Notes under the pieces: model-generated
What the model was told of the DNA's origin: nothing
What the model saw: the letters and a program-made list of their open reading frames with translations, nothing else
The model's database searches: none
In this document: in pieces, positions 12,501-25,527 of the stretch
How the letters are laid out: each line of letters opens with the position of its first letter
Numbering within the stretch: position 1 is the first letter of the stretch
Assembly: GCA_016748015.1 (NCBI GenBank)
Contig: JAAOMT010000352.1
Span: 767,964 to 831,963, forward strand
Length of the DNA stretch: 64,000 nucleotides
Source of the DNA: Geosiphon pyriformis uo1
Lineage: Eukaryota > Fungi > Glomeromycota
Reading direction: 5' to 3'
Translations under genes and position numbers: made by a program

Positions 12501-15500
12501 GAAAAGTTGTCCCCACAGAGAACATTAAAAATGCTGCAAGCCAGAGAAATTCTGTCTGAAAGAATTTTAGAAAAGATTTTGCAAGCTGTTTCAATCAGAG
12601 CAATAGAACAGATATTAGTAAGAACACCCTTCCATTCATAAGGCTTGTGAATTATTGAGACTCAAGCTTCTTTTTAAAGCCCAGATACTAATTTACAAGT
12701 TAAACAAAAGTTCAAAAGCATTAGTAGCATATCTAACACTGACTTGTTACAATGCTTTTACAACTTATTTAAGATGTCAGAAAAACCAGCTGCTTTCTCA
12801 TTTGGCAGATTTGAGACCACAACAGACATTTCATTGAACACAATTGGACACATTACATTAGAAAAAGCATTATCAAAAACATAATCCAAAGGCTAATATT
12901 GGCAAAACCAATCATCAGAGATATCAGATACCATCCTATGTTTCCTAGTCCAACCTTCTATAATCATATCTATCTTAGATTTAACTAAATTGGGCTCTAA
13001 TACCAACTCATTATCTGCAATCAAATGATCCAGCACTATCTTATAAAAAGAATGCTTCAGAACACTCTTGATAGTATGATTCTTATCCAACTCAAAATTT
13101 TCTATTTTTTTATTAATAACTGCCTTGATGCAAAACTCTTCTGCATACTTGAACTTCAACATCTTAAAAAAACAGTAAGATTTCCTTACTTTAGCCAGAG
13201 CTGAACAAATTGTGTCAAAATTAGAACCTGAAAAAAATAAAGATTCTACTACCAATACACTAACAGCATTAAGTCCATTTCATGTATCTAACAATGCTTT
13301 AAAATTTTTCATTAGAAACCAAATAAGAAGTCTTAACCAGCTTAAACACCAACAACTTCAGCTTATGAAACTTAGAAAATTCTTTAGTAAAAACCTTATC
13401 ATAATTTTTAAATCATTTTTTTTTGAATATTTTATTTGCCAAAAGAGTCATTATCCTGCAAACAATGTTCCACATAGCATCCAAATCCGAGAACTCTACA
13501 GAAACAGCAAATTCACTTAAAAACATTAAAGCATTGGCCAATATGGCACTTTTAAAATCATTCCACTTATTTTCATCAGCATTTTTGAAATCAAATTTCC
13601 AATAATTCCTATTAGCTTGTTTGTAAAGAGAGTTCAACTGTGTATTCAACAGGCCACCCAGACCTACAGACACAGAAATAGCTCAGTGATCAGTCTTAAA
13701 ATGCTCACTGGTATCCAAGACATTGCAATGTATTATCACATTGACCAAATTTGAAGAAAAGAACATGTAGTCAATTGTTTTAGCAACATCCTGAGAATTG
13801 TTCCACATCAGCACCTTTGTAAACAAGCTTTCACTCATAGAATTAACCAAACCCAAATCAAAGCACTTTTTGAAACTAACACACTTGTAAGAACTATTTT
13901 TATTGAAATTGCTATCCAAGATGACAAAAAATAATTCATTTACAGCTTTCATAATCATGGAGTTAATATCACTCACTTGAGAGAGACAAACCACCAAAGA
14001 TGCTCCAACATAAAGACCCAAAATTGACACAGAAAATTTATCCTTAAAAAGTAATTTGACAAAAAAAAGTCTGCCAGAAATATCTAACACTTTACACACA
14101 CGCCTTGCCAAAGAATTGTTTATGATAATAGTAATACCAGAACCTAGATAACCAGAGTTCAAACCAAAAGTGAAAACTCAAATACCATCAAATTTGTTTA
14201 TAATCTATGGAAAAACCTTGCTCTTTAACTTCGTTTTAGTAAAAACAAAGATCAAGTTGCCCATGTCCTTATGCCAATGCACAATATCTATTTGCTTTGC
14301 AGAATTGTTCATATCTTTAATATTACATATGGCAATTTTCTAAACAAACTGACTTATTGAGAAAAAAGTAGAAAGGGCATACTGCCAGCCAAAACCAAAC
14401 TATTTAAATGTGCTGATAGATTCATTACTGAAGTGAAGAGACTTTCCAACATGTTTTCTAATTTAACAGTCTCAGAAGAGGCAGACAAACCTAACAACAT
14501 AGCAGTCTTGTCACAAGTGGCTTTATCTGAATTCTCTTCTATTACTATATTACTTATTTGATTCCATAATAGGAGAGTTACTAGCAGCTGACATTCAAGG
14601 CTAGGCTGAGAAACTGCCTGTATGAGTGACTCCAATCTCTTAACCAACTCACCAATTTGTTTTATGAGACTGGCAAGACTGTGCTCCAAAACAGTGAACC
14701 TATTATTGATGCTCATAATAATCAGAGGGATAGGTTTCATTTTTAAAGAGGAACCAAATTTAACTGAAATATTATACACAGGAAAGGAAAAGAAAAAAAA
14801 CTCACCAGCAATCTGCACCCAAGAAAAACCACCAAAAAAAACAGAATAGGTAACTGAAGCTAAATGTTTGACATAGATGGCAGCCAGTCTGCTTTTATTA
14901 GCATTCAAAAAAACCTTTTGAGACAAGCCACCAGAAAGAAATTTCTTATTAGAAACACAGCCCAAAGATATATAACCCAATTTTTCACACTTGGCACATA
15001 CAACAGAAACAATGTGAGACTATCAAAGATAGGTATCTCTTAATACCAGTGTAGTTCCAATGACAACATCTAAAGATTTAGCTGACTCAAAACAAACAAT
15101 AGCACATCTGGTCTGGGCATATATAACAGAATGGCAATCAATTGCACAAATTTTTCTACCCACAGAGTCAATGAAATTCCAGATATCATGAGCATTTGTT
15201 TTTACAGACAGAATATAAAGTAGTGCCCTATGACTGTTCCTATTATTTCAAGATTTTTTGTCATGATTAGCTTTAGTCACATGTATGACATTCTTTCCGA
15301 TTAAGATGGTTCACTCAGCTACAACCAAATTAGCATGCTCTAATTGCTCAAAATCTATTACAGCCTTTTGTCACATACCCACCAATTGCATTTTGATTGA
15401 CTTAATTGTACCAAATTTGGATAGTACAATATGCACAGCCTCAGTTGATATTTCAATTAAGATTTCTTTTACAACTACAGCCCAATCTGACCTTTTACTA

Positions 15501-16281
15501 GATATCTTGAGATTAGTGTTCACCATAATCTTTGCACCAGTAGCCTTTTCAGTAGCTTTCATTAAATCTGATTTAGAAGTAAACATTACTTTGATGATCT
15601 CTAAGAATTTTGAGAAAGTAGAGACCCCTCTAAAACCATTAATTCTTGAAAATAATTTCCTTATTGTTAAACATTTTTCTTAAGATATTCTTTCAGCAAT
15701 TTTGTCCAGCCCAATATTCAAAGTGAAAGATTTATAAACAGAGACATTAACCAAGTTTTTTAAGGAGGGAAGGAAGTTTTAATAGAGCATCTGAAAAAAT
15801 ATTATCATTATTATTACCAACCAAGAAATTAATCTTTCCTAATGGTTTATCCAATGTTTTTTTGGTTTTGATCCATGAACTTTTAGGTGTCTGATTAGGA
15901 TTTCCACCAGCATGAATACTGTATTTACCATAATCAAAGCTTGTTTTCTCAACCAGACACTTCTTCTCTATATCAATACTATTAAACTCAATAGTGTTAC
16001 CAGTTTCAGAACCCCATGAATAACCACTTTGAACATCAGAAACAACTTTTTTACTGCCAAAACCATCCTTTAAAATGCCATCTCTTCTCTTTTTTCTTGG
16101 GACAACAGGTTTGAAGCCACCATTGAAACCAGAAATTTTAATCACCTTCTTTATAACAGCAATACTATAGTCAACAGTAGTCTCATAGTTAAGAATAAAT
16201 GGTTTAGATTTATTGTACTAAATTGTAAAAAACTTTTTGACTCTTTTTTTGGAAATTTGGGATAAAAGAGAGAAAAAAAGG
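9590..16281 (-). mobile_element. LINE-b: full-length, heavily mutated
   Basis: Same 3' UTR and 5' end as LINE-a; ORF2 fragments 9718-14357, ORF1 fragments 14354-~16200; 10-bp TSD TTATGGTTGT (9580-9589) / TTATGGTCAT (16282-16291). Confidence 0.9.
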
Positions 16282-17259
16282 TTATGGTCATAATATAAAA
16301 AAAAAAGTATTATAATAAATATTATAGTATAATAACAATAAATACTATTTAAAAATATTAAAAAAAAAGTATTATAATATATTTTTTTATAAAACTATAA
16401 ATATATATATATATAATAAATTTAATATTAAAAAATTATTTTATATATTAATTATCTTTTATTATTATTATTATTATTTTTATTAAGCTTTTAATGAGTG
16501 AAGCCCAACCACTATCTAGTACACAAGACCAAACTAAGTGGCCAAAACTAGATGTAACTCATGTATTTTCTATATATAGCTAGTCACTTAGGCCAGACAA
16601 GGCAATACTACACACTTAAAACAACATAAGGGCTACAATTCAAACCTGTGAAAAAAGAACAGAGCTGTTAGTGGCCAAAATTAACTGCAAAAGACTCGAT
16701 AATACCAAGCATTCTTACCATTCTCTCTGACAGTAAAGACCCAACACAATGTGACAAACCTGAAACCATACTGTCATTATCCATCAAGCCTATTTTCTCC
16801 ATCTCCACCTTATGTTTACATCTCACCAGCCAAATTTTAGAGTGATACAACTCAGCCAACCACCTAATAAACCCAACAATTATGCAGAAAGCCTTCTTTT
16901 TCTCATCAAAAATATTGATGGCTTTCTCACACCAGTTTCTAAGCACAAACCCCTTGGACAAAACTGAATACAAGCCAATATCTGAAGAGCACTGACCAAG
17001 AGCCTGCAAAACAGCAGAAAAAGCCAGGCTGACAATACTCAACAAAAAATTCTAAGATGCAAAAGCTTCAGCCAAAACCTCCTCTCAAACTCCAGCATCT
17101 GATGCACAAGTAAAAGCATAATTAGGCATTTCTATCTCACCACACAATAAACACAACATGCCAGAATACCTCCTATTATACAATCTTTTCCTAACCACAA
17201 CAGGTAACCATCAGTGCACAGCTTTTATCAGATATGTATGCAAACCAGAAGATTTCTGA

Positions 17260-17451
17260 TGTTACCAGATGAAATTAAAGATATTATTTAGCATAAAATT
17301 ATCTTATAATTCCTATCATTAATTAGCATTGTTTCAAATTATCACTTATTACATTAGCAAAAATGTCCAAAATTATCATTTAATTAATAACCCAAATTGT
17401 ACACAATACAAATGTAACCTAATTACAATGATCAATCATGCAATACCCCGA
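17260..17451 (+). repeat. First 192 bp of the 5' LTR of Gypsy A
   Basis: Near-identical to 26300-26491; similarity stops abruptly after CCCCGA. Confidence 0.92.
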
Positions 17452-18066
17452 TGTTACAGTTTAAGAATTTAGAAAAAAAGAATCATAAAAATAATACAAA
17501 CTATTCAATCATAATATAGCACAGTAATAATCTTAGAAAGGTAATGATTAACATAGTAGCAAACACCATCTCGCAATAGTGGCAAGCACCAGTTCACAAT
17601 AGCAGCCAACACCAACTGGTGATAGCAGCAAACACCAGGTTGAAATATCAAAAAGAAAGTATTTTCTCATAGAACTACAAATATGTATATATACAGTAGT
17701 TTTAATATTGGGAAATAATCAATCAAGTAATAAAAATCATAACTTATCAAGCAATAGATCCAATTTTATCCAACAAACTCCACTTTAAATCATACTTTCA
17801 AATTAAATATCCCAAGAAACCTTTAAAATCAAAAAGAAATGAAAAAGAATATTTAGAACTGAACTATCACAACCCAAAGTATTAAGAAACTTACTTGTAT
17901 TATTTATTGAATGAAACTATCATTCATCAACTGAATCCCTTGGAAGAATAATCCTTGATCAAGATTATTCACGTTGTTACTAATTGATAAAAGCTTTATT
18001 GTGAGAATTAGAAAAGCGCTAAAGACCATTAACATTCTGTGTTTCTAGATTAGAGAAACACATCAG
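17452..18066 (+). mobile_element. Family-B LTR inserted into the 5' LTR of Gypsy A (solo LTR or collapsed element; right end hidden in the gap)
   Basis: Starts TGTTACAGTTTAAGAATTTAG, the reverse complement of the ends of 44247-45122 and 53075-53951; carries the same 23-bp repeats (17553-17644). Confidence 0.9.
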
Positions 18067-18787
18067 NNNNNNNNNNNNNNNNNNNNNNNNNNNNNNNNNN
18101 NNNNNNNNNNNNNNNNNNNNNNNNNNNNNNNNNNNNNNNNNNNNNNNNNNNNNNNNNNNNNNNNNNNNNNNNNNNNNNNNNNNNNNNNNNNNNNNNNNNN
18201 NNNNNNNNNNNNNNNNNNNNNNNNNNNNNNNNNNNNNNNNNNNNNNNNNNNNNNNNNNNNNNNNNNNNNNNNNNNNNNNNNNNNNNNNNNNNNNNNNNNN
18301 NNNNNNNNNNNNNNNNNNNNNNNNNNNNNNNNNNNNNNNNNNNNNNNNNNNNNNNNNNNNNNNNNNNNNNNNNNNNNNNNNNNNNNNNNNNNNNNNNNNN
18401 NNNNNNNNNNNNNNNNNNNNNNNNNNNNNNNNNNNNNNNNNNNNNNNNNNNNNNNNNNNNNNNNNNNNNNNNNNNNNNNNNNNNNNNNNNNNNNNNNNNN
18501 NNNNNNNNNNNNNNNNNNNNNNNNNNNNNNNNNNNNNNNNNNNNNNNNNNNNNNNNNNNNNNNNNNNNNNNNNNNNNNNNNNNNNNNNNNNNNNNNNNNN
18601 NNNNNNNNNNNNNNNNNNNNNNNNNNNNNNNNNNNNNNNNNNNNNNNNNNNNNNNNNNNNNNNNNNNNNNNNNNNNNNNNNNNNNNNNNNNNNNNNNNNN
18701 NNNNNNNNNNNNNNNNNNNNNNNNNNNNNNNNNNNNNNNNNNNNNNNNNNNNNNNNNNNNNNNNNNNNNNNNNNNNNNNNNNNNNNN
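18067..18787. other. Assembly gap (721 N); a second gap of 30 N lies at 22752-22781
   Basis: N runs. The missing LTR-B remainder (~260 bp) plus LTR-A remainder (~780 bp) exceed 721, so the gap size is probably underestimated. Confidence 0.97.
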
Positions 18788-21700
18788 CAACCTTTACAAT
18801 AATTTAGCACACTATTCACAGTTGAGAACTGAAGACCTTAACAGTGAAACACTTGCCACTTACTTTCATGAACTTAATTTTAACATTATCAAATACTGTG
18901 AAGAAACATATCCAGTGCAGTCTCAATACACTATTGATTTTGAATTGGAAACAGAAACAAGCAACAAAGGCAAAAACAAATTGAAGCAATACTCAAAAAC
19001 CACCCCAAATACTCCAACACTACCAAAAACAACTGCCAACCATTTACAAACACCTGAACAAGGAACCAGTTCAAAACTTCCACTTACTATCACATCTTTT
19101 CTAGCTTCACTTGCACAAACACAAACATCTAATTCACCCTTGAATTGATTTGCAAGACCAGAAGATTTTACATCACTCAGAAGTCCCACCAGACAACAAA
19201 AACCCCTTCAAACTAGTTCCAATCTCCTTGATTTTCTAGCTGAAAATCAAAGTGAACACTCTGAGACAGCAGCAAACGAAGAAAACAACTCTGAAATAAC
19301 TGAAGAAGAATCAATAGACAGTGAAAACAAAGAAGATGAAATGACAACATACATCGCAAAAATTCCTGAATTCAATGGAGAAGATATTGAGACCAGTCCC
19401 CAAGAATGGCTTGACCAAGTTATTAAAGCTGGAGATGCAAATGGATAGAATGCTGCCAGAATATTAAGAACAATTCTTTACTTTCTCAAAGGAACAGCAG
19501 GAGAATGGTTTGAAAACTTGGCTGCTCCATTCAATGATTGGAATGCTTTCAAAGTAGCCTTTCTTGAACAGTTCACTGACAATAATACTTCCATTATCCT
19601 TTGTAATCATTTTTGAAATATCAAACAAGAACCCTCTGAATCTGTTATGACTTATATTGGAAAATTCAACAAACTTCTCAGACAAATTTGCCAATTCGAA
19701 ACAAACAATTATTATTCCAATGCTCAAATCTTGGATCAATTTATCACTGATCTAAAAGATAAACTAATTAAAAAGGTTCGTCCACATGCACCAGAAGATT
19801 TAAACTCTGCCATACAGCATGCGAAAAGATATGAAATGGCCATAGAAGAGACCAATTGCACAAAACTTGTAAATTTGACAATTGGAGAAACCAGCTCAGC
19901 AGCTGAGAAAAAAATTGACCAACTCACAAAAAAGGTTGAAAACTATTTCACCAATCAATAACAACAGCAACTCCAAAGATATCAACCACCCCAAAGACAA
20001 AATCAAAATAATTTTGCACCACTTTCCAATAACCAGTCTCAAAATTGCCATTACTGTGGAATCTCTGGCCACTGGAAAAGAGATTGCAGAAAGCTACAAC
20101 GAAGCCAACAAAATAGGAGTAATTAACATTACCCTCTACCACAGCAATCTTATTATCAACCGCTACCACCAGCTTACTATTCACCAAGACCCCAATACCA
20201 AAATAACTATTATCAGCCCACTCCACAGCCAATCCAACAGCAATACCAGCAACTGCTCACACAACATTATCAAGTATCTGCTTGAAGACTGCTTACACAG
20301 AATCAATTTACACCACAAAACCGATACCAAGTAAACAACAATAGAATCAGTTCAAATAACCAATTGGTTTCTCGAAATTCCACTCAACCAAGACCCAACC
20401 ACTACCACACTCAACCCAGTTATTTAACAATGCTAGAAGAACAGGATTTTCATCATACTGCACCCTCGGAAGGTAGAGCTGCAGCACAACAACAAAACTC
20501 TTCCTATACTCTTATCACAATCCCACCAGCCAGAATCACTGAAAATGCTAATCTTTCAGATATATTCCCTTTTGAGTTCGAAGCAAATGAGTCACCATTT
20601 CTGCTTAGCAATACAGCTGCCAATGAACAAAAAGCAATTACAGCTATGTACACTGAAGCAGAAGTCGAAGGAAAAACAATTTGCTTGATCCTAGACAGTG
20701 GATCTGCCGGAAGCATTATCACCTACCAGTTAATGCAACAGTTGAAGAGAAATGTTGACTGACCAGCTCAAACAGTAATCGTCATTGCTGATGGCATGAA
20801 AAAGACTCCAGTAAGAGAAATTGACAATTTTCTATTCACTCTTGATGGAATCACCATTCCAGTTAAAGTTCTTGTAATGGATGCACCTCAGTACCAAGCT
20901 CTCGTCAGAAATGATTGGCTTCAAAAAGCCAATGCTAATCTGAATTAGAAAACACAAGAGTTAACAATCTCCTACCAAAAACAACACGCCCAAGTACCTG
21001 CCACTTGTGGTACATTCAACAAATGCTCTGAAAAAGCCCCAGCTTTTGAATTTGAACCGGAAGAGAAAAAACCCCTCATTGAAACATTCATGGCTCTTGG
21101 ATTAACGTCCAACTGGGCTGATGAAACAGAACAAGAACATTTTACTCCACACTCTGAACCCGAAACCTCTGGATGGAATATCCCTTACTCAAAACCTGAA
21201 CCAAGAAAACAATGCCCCTATATTCCCCTTAAATGTAAGGACTGCCACAAGAAACTATTGTCAATGGGAGTCTGCATTTCACTTGAAGAAGAATATGAAA
21301 ATCATACTTGTTATTACTGCAAAGCTTGTCACAGAAAATGATGGGGCCATCTAATAAAAAAGAGCGGAAAATGGGACAACACTCCTTGTTTGACTTGTGA
21401 AGATATGCTACTGGAAGAATGCAATTAGATTGATGTAGTCATGAGAGGAGGAGTCTGCGATCAGACCTGCCAATATGCTTTATCAATTTCAGAAAAAGTA
21501 AAAAGAGGAACACCCTTTAATGCGGCATACAACAGTGCTCTCAACAAACTTTATCACTACCCCCATAATGCTGAGATGATTTTCGACCTAGCAATAGCAT
21601 TAATTAATAGAGCTACCAAAGAAGATGTTCATCAAATGAAGGAAGCAGAATACATTAAATACACCATAGAATTAGCTGGATTCGATTACGAAGACAAAGT

Positions 21701-24051
21701 AGAAGTCTACCACCAAATTGCAAGTCACACCTATCCAACTCAAGAAGCTCAAATTCAATGATTAGAGCAAATGAACATTAGACTATGTGAAGAATGCATT
21801 ATGCCTTGCAATGAACAGTGGTGTCCTGAATGCTATGCTCTTAGTATCCCCTTGCCCAATGAAAATGATGAGAATGAAATTGAATTTGGAGAACCTGAAG
21901 CAACAGAAGAAATTGAAACAACACCTATCTATCTTATCAAAAATCAGCCTGCCTTACAACTTAAATACTTCAACAACAATAGACAAGGAATAAAACCCGA
22001 AAAAGCACACAAAATTAATGCTGGATATGACCTAAGATATCCAGACAAGGATACTCTTGTTCTCAAACCCAAATCTCTCACAAAAATCAACCTCAAAATT
22101 GCATTCGAAATCCCGCCAGGAGCAATGGTTCAAATTACCTCCTGGTCCTTTCTGGCAAGCAAAGGAATCAATGTCAGAGGAGGAATAATCGATGCTGGAT
22201 ATACTGGAGACATTACAGTGATGCTTCAAAATGAAACTGACAAACCATTCAAGATCGAACATGTTGAAAAAATTGCCCAAGCTATTTACCTACTCTTAAT
22301 CAACATTTTGGGTTTGCAACTAGTCAATCAAAGAGAACAATTAGAAAAAAGCGATAGAGAAACCCAAGGTTTTGGTTCAACTGGACAATTTACAGTTCCA
22401 GTTAACATAGCTCTTAACACACAGAATGAATTTTACCAGATTCTCAGACTTTCACAACCAATTACCATCTCACTCTTTGGAGAACATCCAGAAATCTACA
22501 CTTGCCCAAAGCCAACAACCACACAACAAATTTTTGAGTCCAATGAACAAGTCTGCTTGGAACATAATATTTTGATCCCAAACATTTATATTCCAGAAGG
22601 AACAAAGAAAGTCTGAGTTACTTTTTACAACCCCAATAATTACCCCATAATTTTATTAAATAATTTAGAAATTGGAGTTATTCACAGTAATATATTTCAA
22701 CAAGAATTACCCCAAACAGTTTCCGATTTCTCTGAAATTATTGGACATTCANNNNNNNNNNNNNNNNNNNNNNNNNNNNNNCAAACCAAGAAGACAACAA
22801 GCATATCGAGTTGTTCTAAAAAGCCACCAATTCATCCAAGAAGAAGTACAACGAATGCTTAACAATGGGCTCATCCAACCCTTCATGAGTCCTTGGGCTT
22901 CATCTGTAGTGCTAGTTAAAAAGAAAAATAGAAAGATCCGATTTTGTGTTGACTATCGACAACTCAACAGTGTTACAATTGGAGACGCCTACCCCCTTCC
23001 CTGGATTGATGACATGTTAGATGCCCTTGGAAAATCCAAATACTTTTCAACACTAGATTTAGAAAGTGGTTACTGACAAGTTGCTATGGATCCCAAAGAT
23101 TGCCCCAAAACAGCATTCACCACCCAAGGCGGAAATTACGAGTTCAATGTAATGCCTTTTGGATTATGCAATGCACCAGCAACGTTTCAGAGATTAATGG
23201 ATGTTGTGTACCAAGGACTTTTTTGGAAATCAGTAGTCATTTATCTTGACAATACTGATGTTTATTCTCCATCATTTGAATTACACTTAAAACACCTGCG
23301 AGAAGTTTTTTAATGATTACAAAAAGCAGGACTAAAACTCAATATCAAAAAATGCTACTTTGAAAAAACAAGCCTGGCCTTCTTTGGTCATATCGTTAGT
23401 AAAGATAGAATTAAACCAGATCCTGGAAAAATCAGCGTTGTCAAAAACTTCAAAACTCCTCGAAACACTACAGAATTAAGAGGATTCATAGGATTAGCAT
23501 CCTACTATCAGAAGTTTATCAAAGGATTTTCAGAAATTGCAAAACCCCTCAACCAGCTTACCACCAAAAACATTGAATACAAATGGACTACCGAACACCA
23601 AAAAGCTTTTAAAATTCTCAAGAAAAAACTGACAACAGCTCCAATTCTCACCTACCTGGATTTCAGCAACCGATTTCAACTAGCTACAGATGCTTTATAT
23701 ACTGCCTTTGGTGCTATCTTATCACAACTAGACAACAACGGAAATGAGCAAGTAATTGCTTATGCTAGCAGAACATTAAAACCAGCTGAGAAAAACTACT
23801 CTGCCACAGAACTAGAAACAGCAGCCGTAATTTGGGCTCTATACTACTTCAACCTTTATCTTAGGCCTAAAGAATTTGATATTATCACTGATAATATTAG
23901 ACTCAAATGGCTTCAGAACAAAAATACTCAGCTAAATGCAAAACAAATCTGATGGACAGAATTTCTAGCAAACTATCAATACATAGTACATCACAAACCA
24001 GGAAAACTCCACACCAATGTTAACTGTCTCTCCAGAATGAGACAAGATTAG
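18788..24051 (+). pseudogene. gag-pol: Gypsy A gag-PR-Cys-rich-dUTPase-RT-RNaseH polyprotein, stop-disrupted, ending at TAG 24049-24051
   Basis: Gag IPEFNGED..PQEWL, CHYCGISGHWKRDC; PR LILDSGS; RT RFCVDYRQLN, FSTLDL, MPFGLCNAPATFQ, YLDN; RH LATDA, IAYASR, NYSATELE; ORFs 18822-22616 all in one frame. Confidence 0.92.
21955..22386 (+). other. dut: dUTPase domain within the Gypsy A polyprotein
   Basis: All five trimeric dUTPase motifs recognisable: AGYDL, (R)SFLASKG, GGIIDAGYTG, KIAQ, RETQGFGSTG. Confidence 0.92.
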
Positions 24052-24103
24052 AAAAACACAAAAACCAACACTCAACTTAACCAACCAAAAGAGCCAACAA
24101 ACA

Positions 24104-25489
24104 ATGAATTCGAAAAACTACAATGATCTCAAACAATATTTGGAAACATTAACAATCCCAACAGATTGGTCTCCAGATGAAAAACATTGACTACAATAAC
24201 AAGCCAAATAATATTTTCTATACAACAATATTATTTATTACCAAAATTTCAAAAACCCAGACAAACCACTTAGATTAATACAAGAACAGAAAAAAGAGAC
24301 TATATTATACAACATGCACTCAGATTTTTCATCAGTCTACTTCGGAAAAGACAGCACCACCCAAAGAACACTAGAATACTACTTTTGGCCTCGAATGAGA
24401 AAAGACATTCATGAATATATCAAATTTTGTGATAGTTGTCAAAGAAGAGGAGGAACTTGCCCTACAGAACTTTTAAACCCAATCAAAGTTGGACAGCCTT
24501 TTGACAGAGTTGGTATTGATTTAGTCGGACCACTACCTATCACAAACCAAGGAAACCGCTATATTGCAGTAGCCATAGACTATCTCACCAAATGGCCTGA
24601 AGCCAGAGCCATTTAACGGGCAGATGTAAAATCAGTAGCAAACTTCATCTACGAAGACATTATTTGTAGACATGGATGCCCAATAGAACTTTTATCTGAT
24701 CAAGGAACATATTTCGTGAACAATTTAATCCAGGAAATTTGTGAACAATTTAATGTCAAGAGACCATTATCTTCACCCTACCATCTACAAACAAATGGAC
24801 TGGTAGAATGGTTCAACAGAACATTGTGTGAATCATTAGCCAAAGTTTCAACCAATTTTGAGCAAGAATGGGATCTCTTTATTCCATCAGTGTTACTAAC
24901 ATATAGGATACTAAAACAAGATACCACAAAACACACACCATTTGATTTAACTTACGGAAGGATGGCAACGTTACCAATTAGTTTCACAGTGGAAACATAC
25001 CCAGCACAACCAATCGATGAAAACAATTTTCAAGAAATGCTTCAACGAAGAACCTACACTTTGCTTAGCACATTGGAAGGAAAACAACGAATAGCAGCCA
25101 CCCATATTGAACACTCCCAAGCTCAACAAAAAGAACGGCATGATGACAAATTGCCTCCAGTCACCAATGAATTTAAAATTAGAAACAAAGTTCTCTTACA
25201 CAGAACTAAAGCCGAAAAACAATGGAGTGGAAAATTTGAAAATAAATGGGATGGACCATTCTTTATCCATGAAGTTTTAGGCAATAGATCATACAAGCTA
25301 AGACTTGATGACAAAATTCTAGCAAAAGTTGCACATGGAGATCGTTTAAAACACTATAATTCCAGAAACAATCCTGAACCATTAATTCCACAAATTGGTA
25401 CACATTTCCCTTTAATCAATCCTGAAGACATTCCCTGAAATTTAGAACCAATAGTTGTCATTGAACAGCCTTACAACTTGAACACTTAA
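24104..25489 (+). pseudogene. int: Gypsy A integrase as a separate ORF (HHCC zinc finger, DDE core, GPY/F module; no chromodomain)
   Basis: ATG 24104 MNSKNYNDLKQYLETL; YFWP..CDSCQ; VGIDLVGPLP; LSDQGTYF; QTNGLVEWFNRTL; KWDGPF. Confidence 0.9.
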
Positions 25490-25527
25490 TTTAAATTTAT
25501 TATTATAGTTATCTTCTTATAATTTAG

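Noticed and set aside
16455-16482. TSDs for LINE-c and LINE-e
   Set aside because: Candidates are low-complexity (TTA)n matches that cannot be told from chance
18019-18819. Long ORFs 18019-18819 and 18050-18790
   Set aside because: Artefacts of the N gap
25436-25438. TGA at the same position near both integrase C-termini as programmed readthrough
   Set aside because: Simply explained by CGA>TGA decay; the LEPIV motif continues in frame in both
25160-25489. Chromodomain on integrase
   Set aside because: Only the GPY/F module and a short tail; no chromodomain aromatic-cage motif
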